The position numbers and the translations under genes were made by a program. This document shows positions 62,449 to 64,000 of a DNA stretch of 64,000 nt, piece by piece. Position 1 is the first letter of the stretch. Every line of letters starts with the position of its first letter. The DNA is from Octopus vulgaris (lineage: Eukaryota): NCBI GenBank assembly GCA_951406725.2, contig OX597817.1:84692001-84756000 (forward strand), read 5' to 3'. The notes under the pieces are model-generated. The model saw only the letters and a list, made by a program, of their open reading frames with translations. It made no database searches and was not told the DNA's origin.

Positions 62449-63077
62449 TATGTGTTTAAATGTACACTGTATTTTGTAATACAAAGTCTATGGACTAAAT
62501 TTTTACACACTAGGCCACTGGAAGTGAAAATTTCTATTAATTTCCATTTCCCTTTGATATGATGTTATATATATATATATACATATATATTTAAAAATAT
62601 AAATTAAAAAATTTTAAATTTTAATTATTAAAATTTTATATTTTATATATATATTATATTAATTATATTTATTTTTTGTTTTTTATGTTTTGGTTTATGT
62701 CTATCACTGTTTGAGTTGCCTAATAGTGGTTTTATCTCTAAATTAATTTATATATATATATGTATAAGAGCACTCGGTTATGACTGGGGGTGCCAGCTGA
62801 TATAATCAATGAGACAACTTGCTTGTGAAATTAACATGCAAGTGGTTGAGCACTCCATGGACATGTGTATCCTTAATGCAGTTTTCAGGGAGATTCAGTG
62901 TGTCACTGTGTAACAAGGCTGGCTCTTTGAAATACAGACACTACTTATTTTTGCGAGCTGAGTGGACTGGAGCAACGTGAAAATAAATTGTCTTGCTCAA
63001 GGACACAATGCATTGCCAGAAATCAAACTCATGACTTTATAATCGTGAACCAAATATCCCAATAACTAAGCCATGCT

Positions 63078-63158
<81 letters not shown>

Positions 63159-63170
63159 CATACACATACG

Positions 63171-63212
<42 letters not shown>

Positions 63213-63420
63213 ATATACGTAAGTCATCTAAGACTGTTAGGTAACAATCCAATTATATTGTCTATCTAACTCTAATGAGCATAAGGTTATATAATTGATT
63301 GTTACCTAACGTACCATTGTATCCCTTACACAAAACCAATTGGTAAGATCAGCCATGATGGATATATAATACTATACATTTTGGACAATATTTATATATA
63401 TATATGCACACACATGCATT

Positions 63421-63451
<31 letters not shown>

Positions 63452-63628
63452 TAAGTGAGATTCAGGTAAAACCCTTGTAGAATGCTGTACAAAGCTTGTC
63501 CGTAGTTATTGGCCACCCGATGTAATCATACAGTAGAAATGCACATGGTACTGGATATACTTCAGGAATTTCATAGTATTTGTAGAGTTTATATAAAGTG
63601 GCTATGTGATAAGAAGCCTGCTGTATAC

Positions 63629-63660
<32 letters not shown>

Positions 63661-63912
63661 GTATGTATTTGTGTATCTGTGTTTGTTCCCCCACCATTGC
63701 TTGACAACCAATGTTGGTGTGTTTATGTTCCCATAACTTAGTGGTTTGACAAAAAAGACTAATAGAATAAGTACTAAGCTTACAAAGAATTAGTCCTGGG
63801 GTCAATTTGTTCAACTAAAGGTGATGCTCCAGCATGGCTGCAGTCAAATTGCTGAAACAAATAAAAGAAAAACAACAGAAAATGGAATTAAGATTCTTTA
63901 TTCAAAATATTA

Positions 63913-63955
<43 letters not shown>

Positions 63956-64000
63956 GTATTATTATTACTGTTGTTATTATTATTATACATGAATGCAGCA

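Overview
AT-rich, microsatellite-dense animal genomic DNA. The repeat content (RTE tails ending in (GAT)n, V/Meta/CORE-type tRNA SINEs, Penelope-like elements) suggests an octopus; this is inferred, not proven. Two host genes are well supported. RBM41, a paralogue of the minor-spliceosome protein U11/U12-65K, has 2 exons on the - strand (~419 aa). A divergently transcribed PCTP/STARD2 shows exons 1-3 on the + strand, and its third intron begins with the U12-type donor GTATCCTT. The rest is mostly transposons: RTE, CR1-like, R4/Dong, CRE, Penelope, Tc1/mariner, MITEs, a Helitron-like element, and a Gypsy element with both LTRs and a 5-bp TSD. Three observations stand out. (1) Several hammerhead-ribozyme-like motifs lie in Penelope-type termini, including one apparently non-circularly permuted (pseudoknotted) hammerhead at 4602-4670 and a family with a U3-A8 core covariation. 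(2) A CRE-clade retrotransposon shows a twin-priming 5' inversion with an 11-bp TSD and a nested Gypsy. (3) Two diverged ORF1-only, HAL1-like retroelements are present. All calls were made by eye, and repeat boundaries are approximate.
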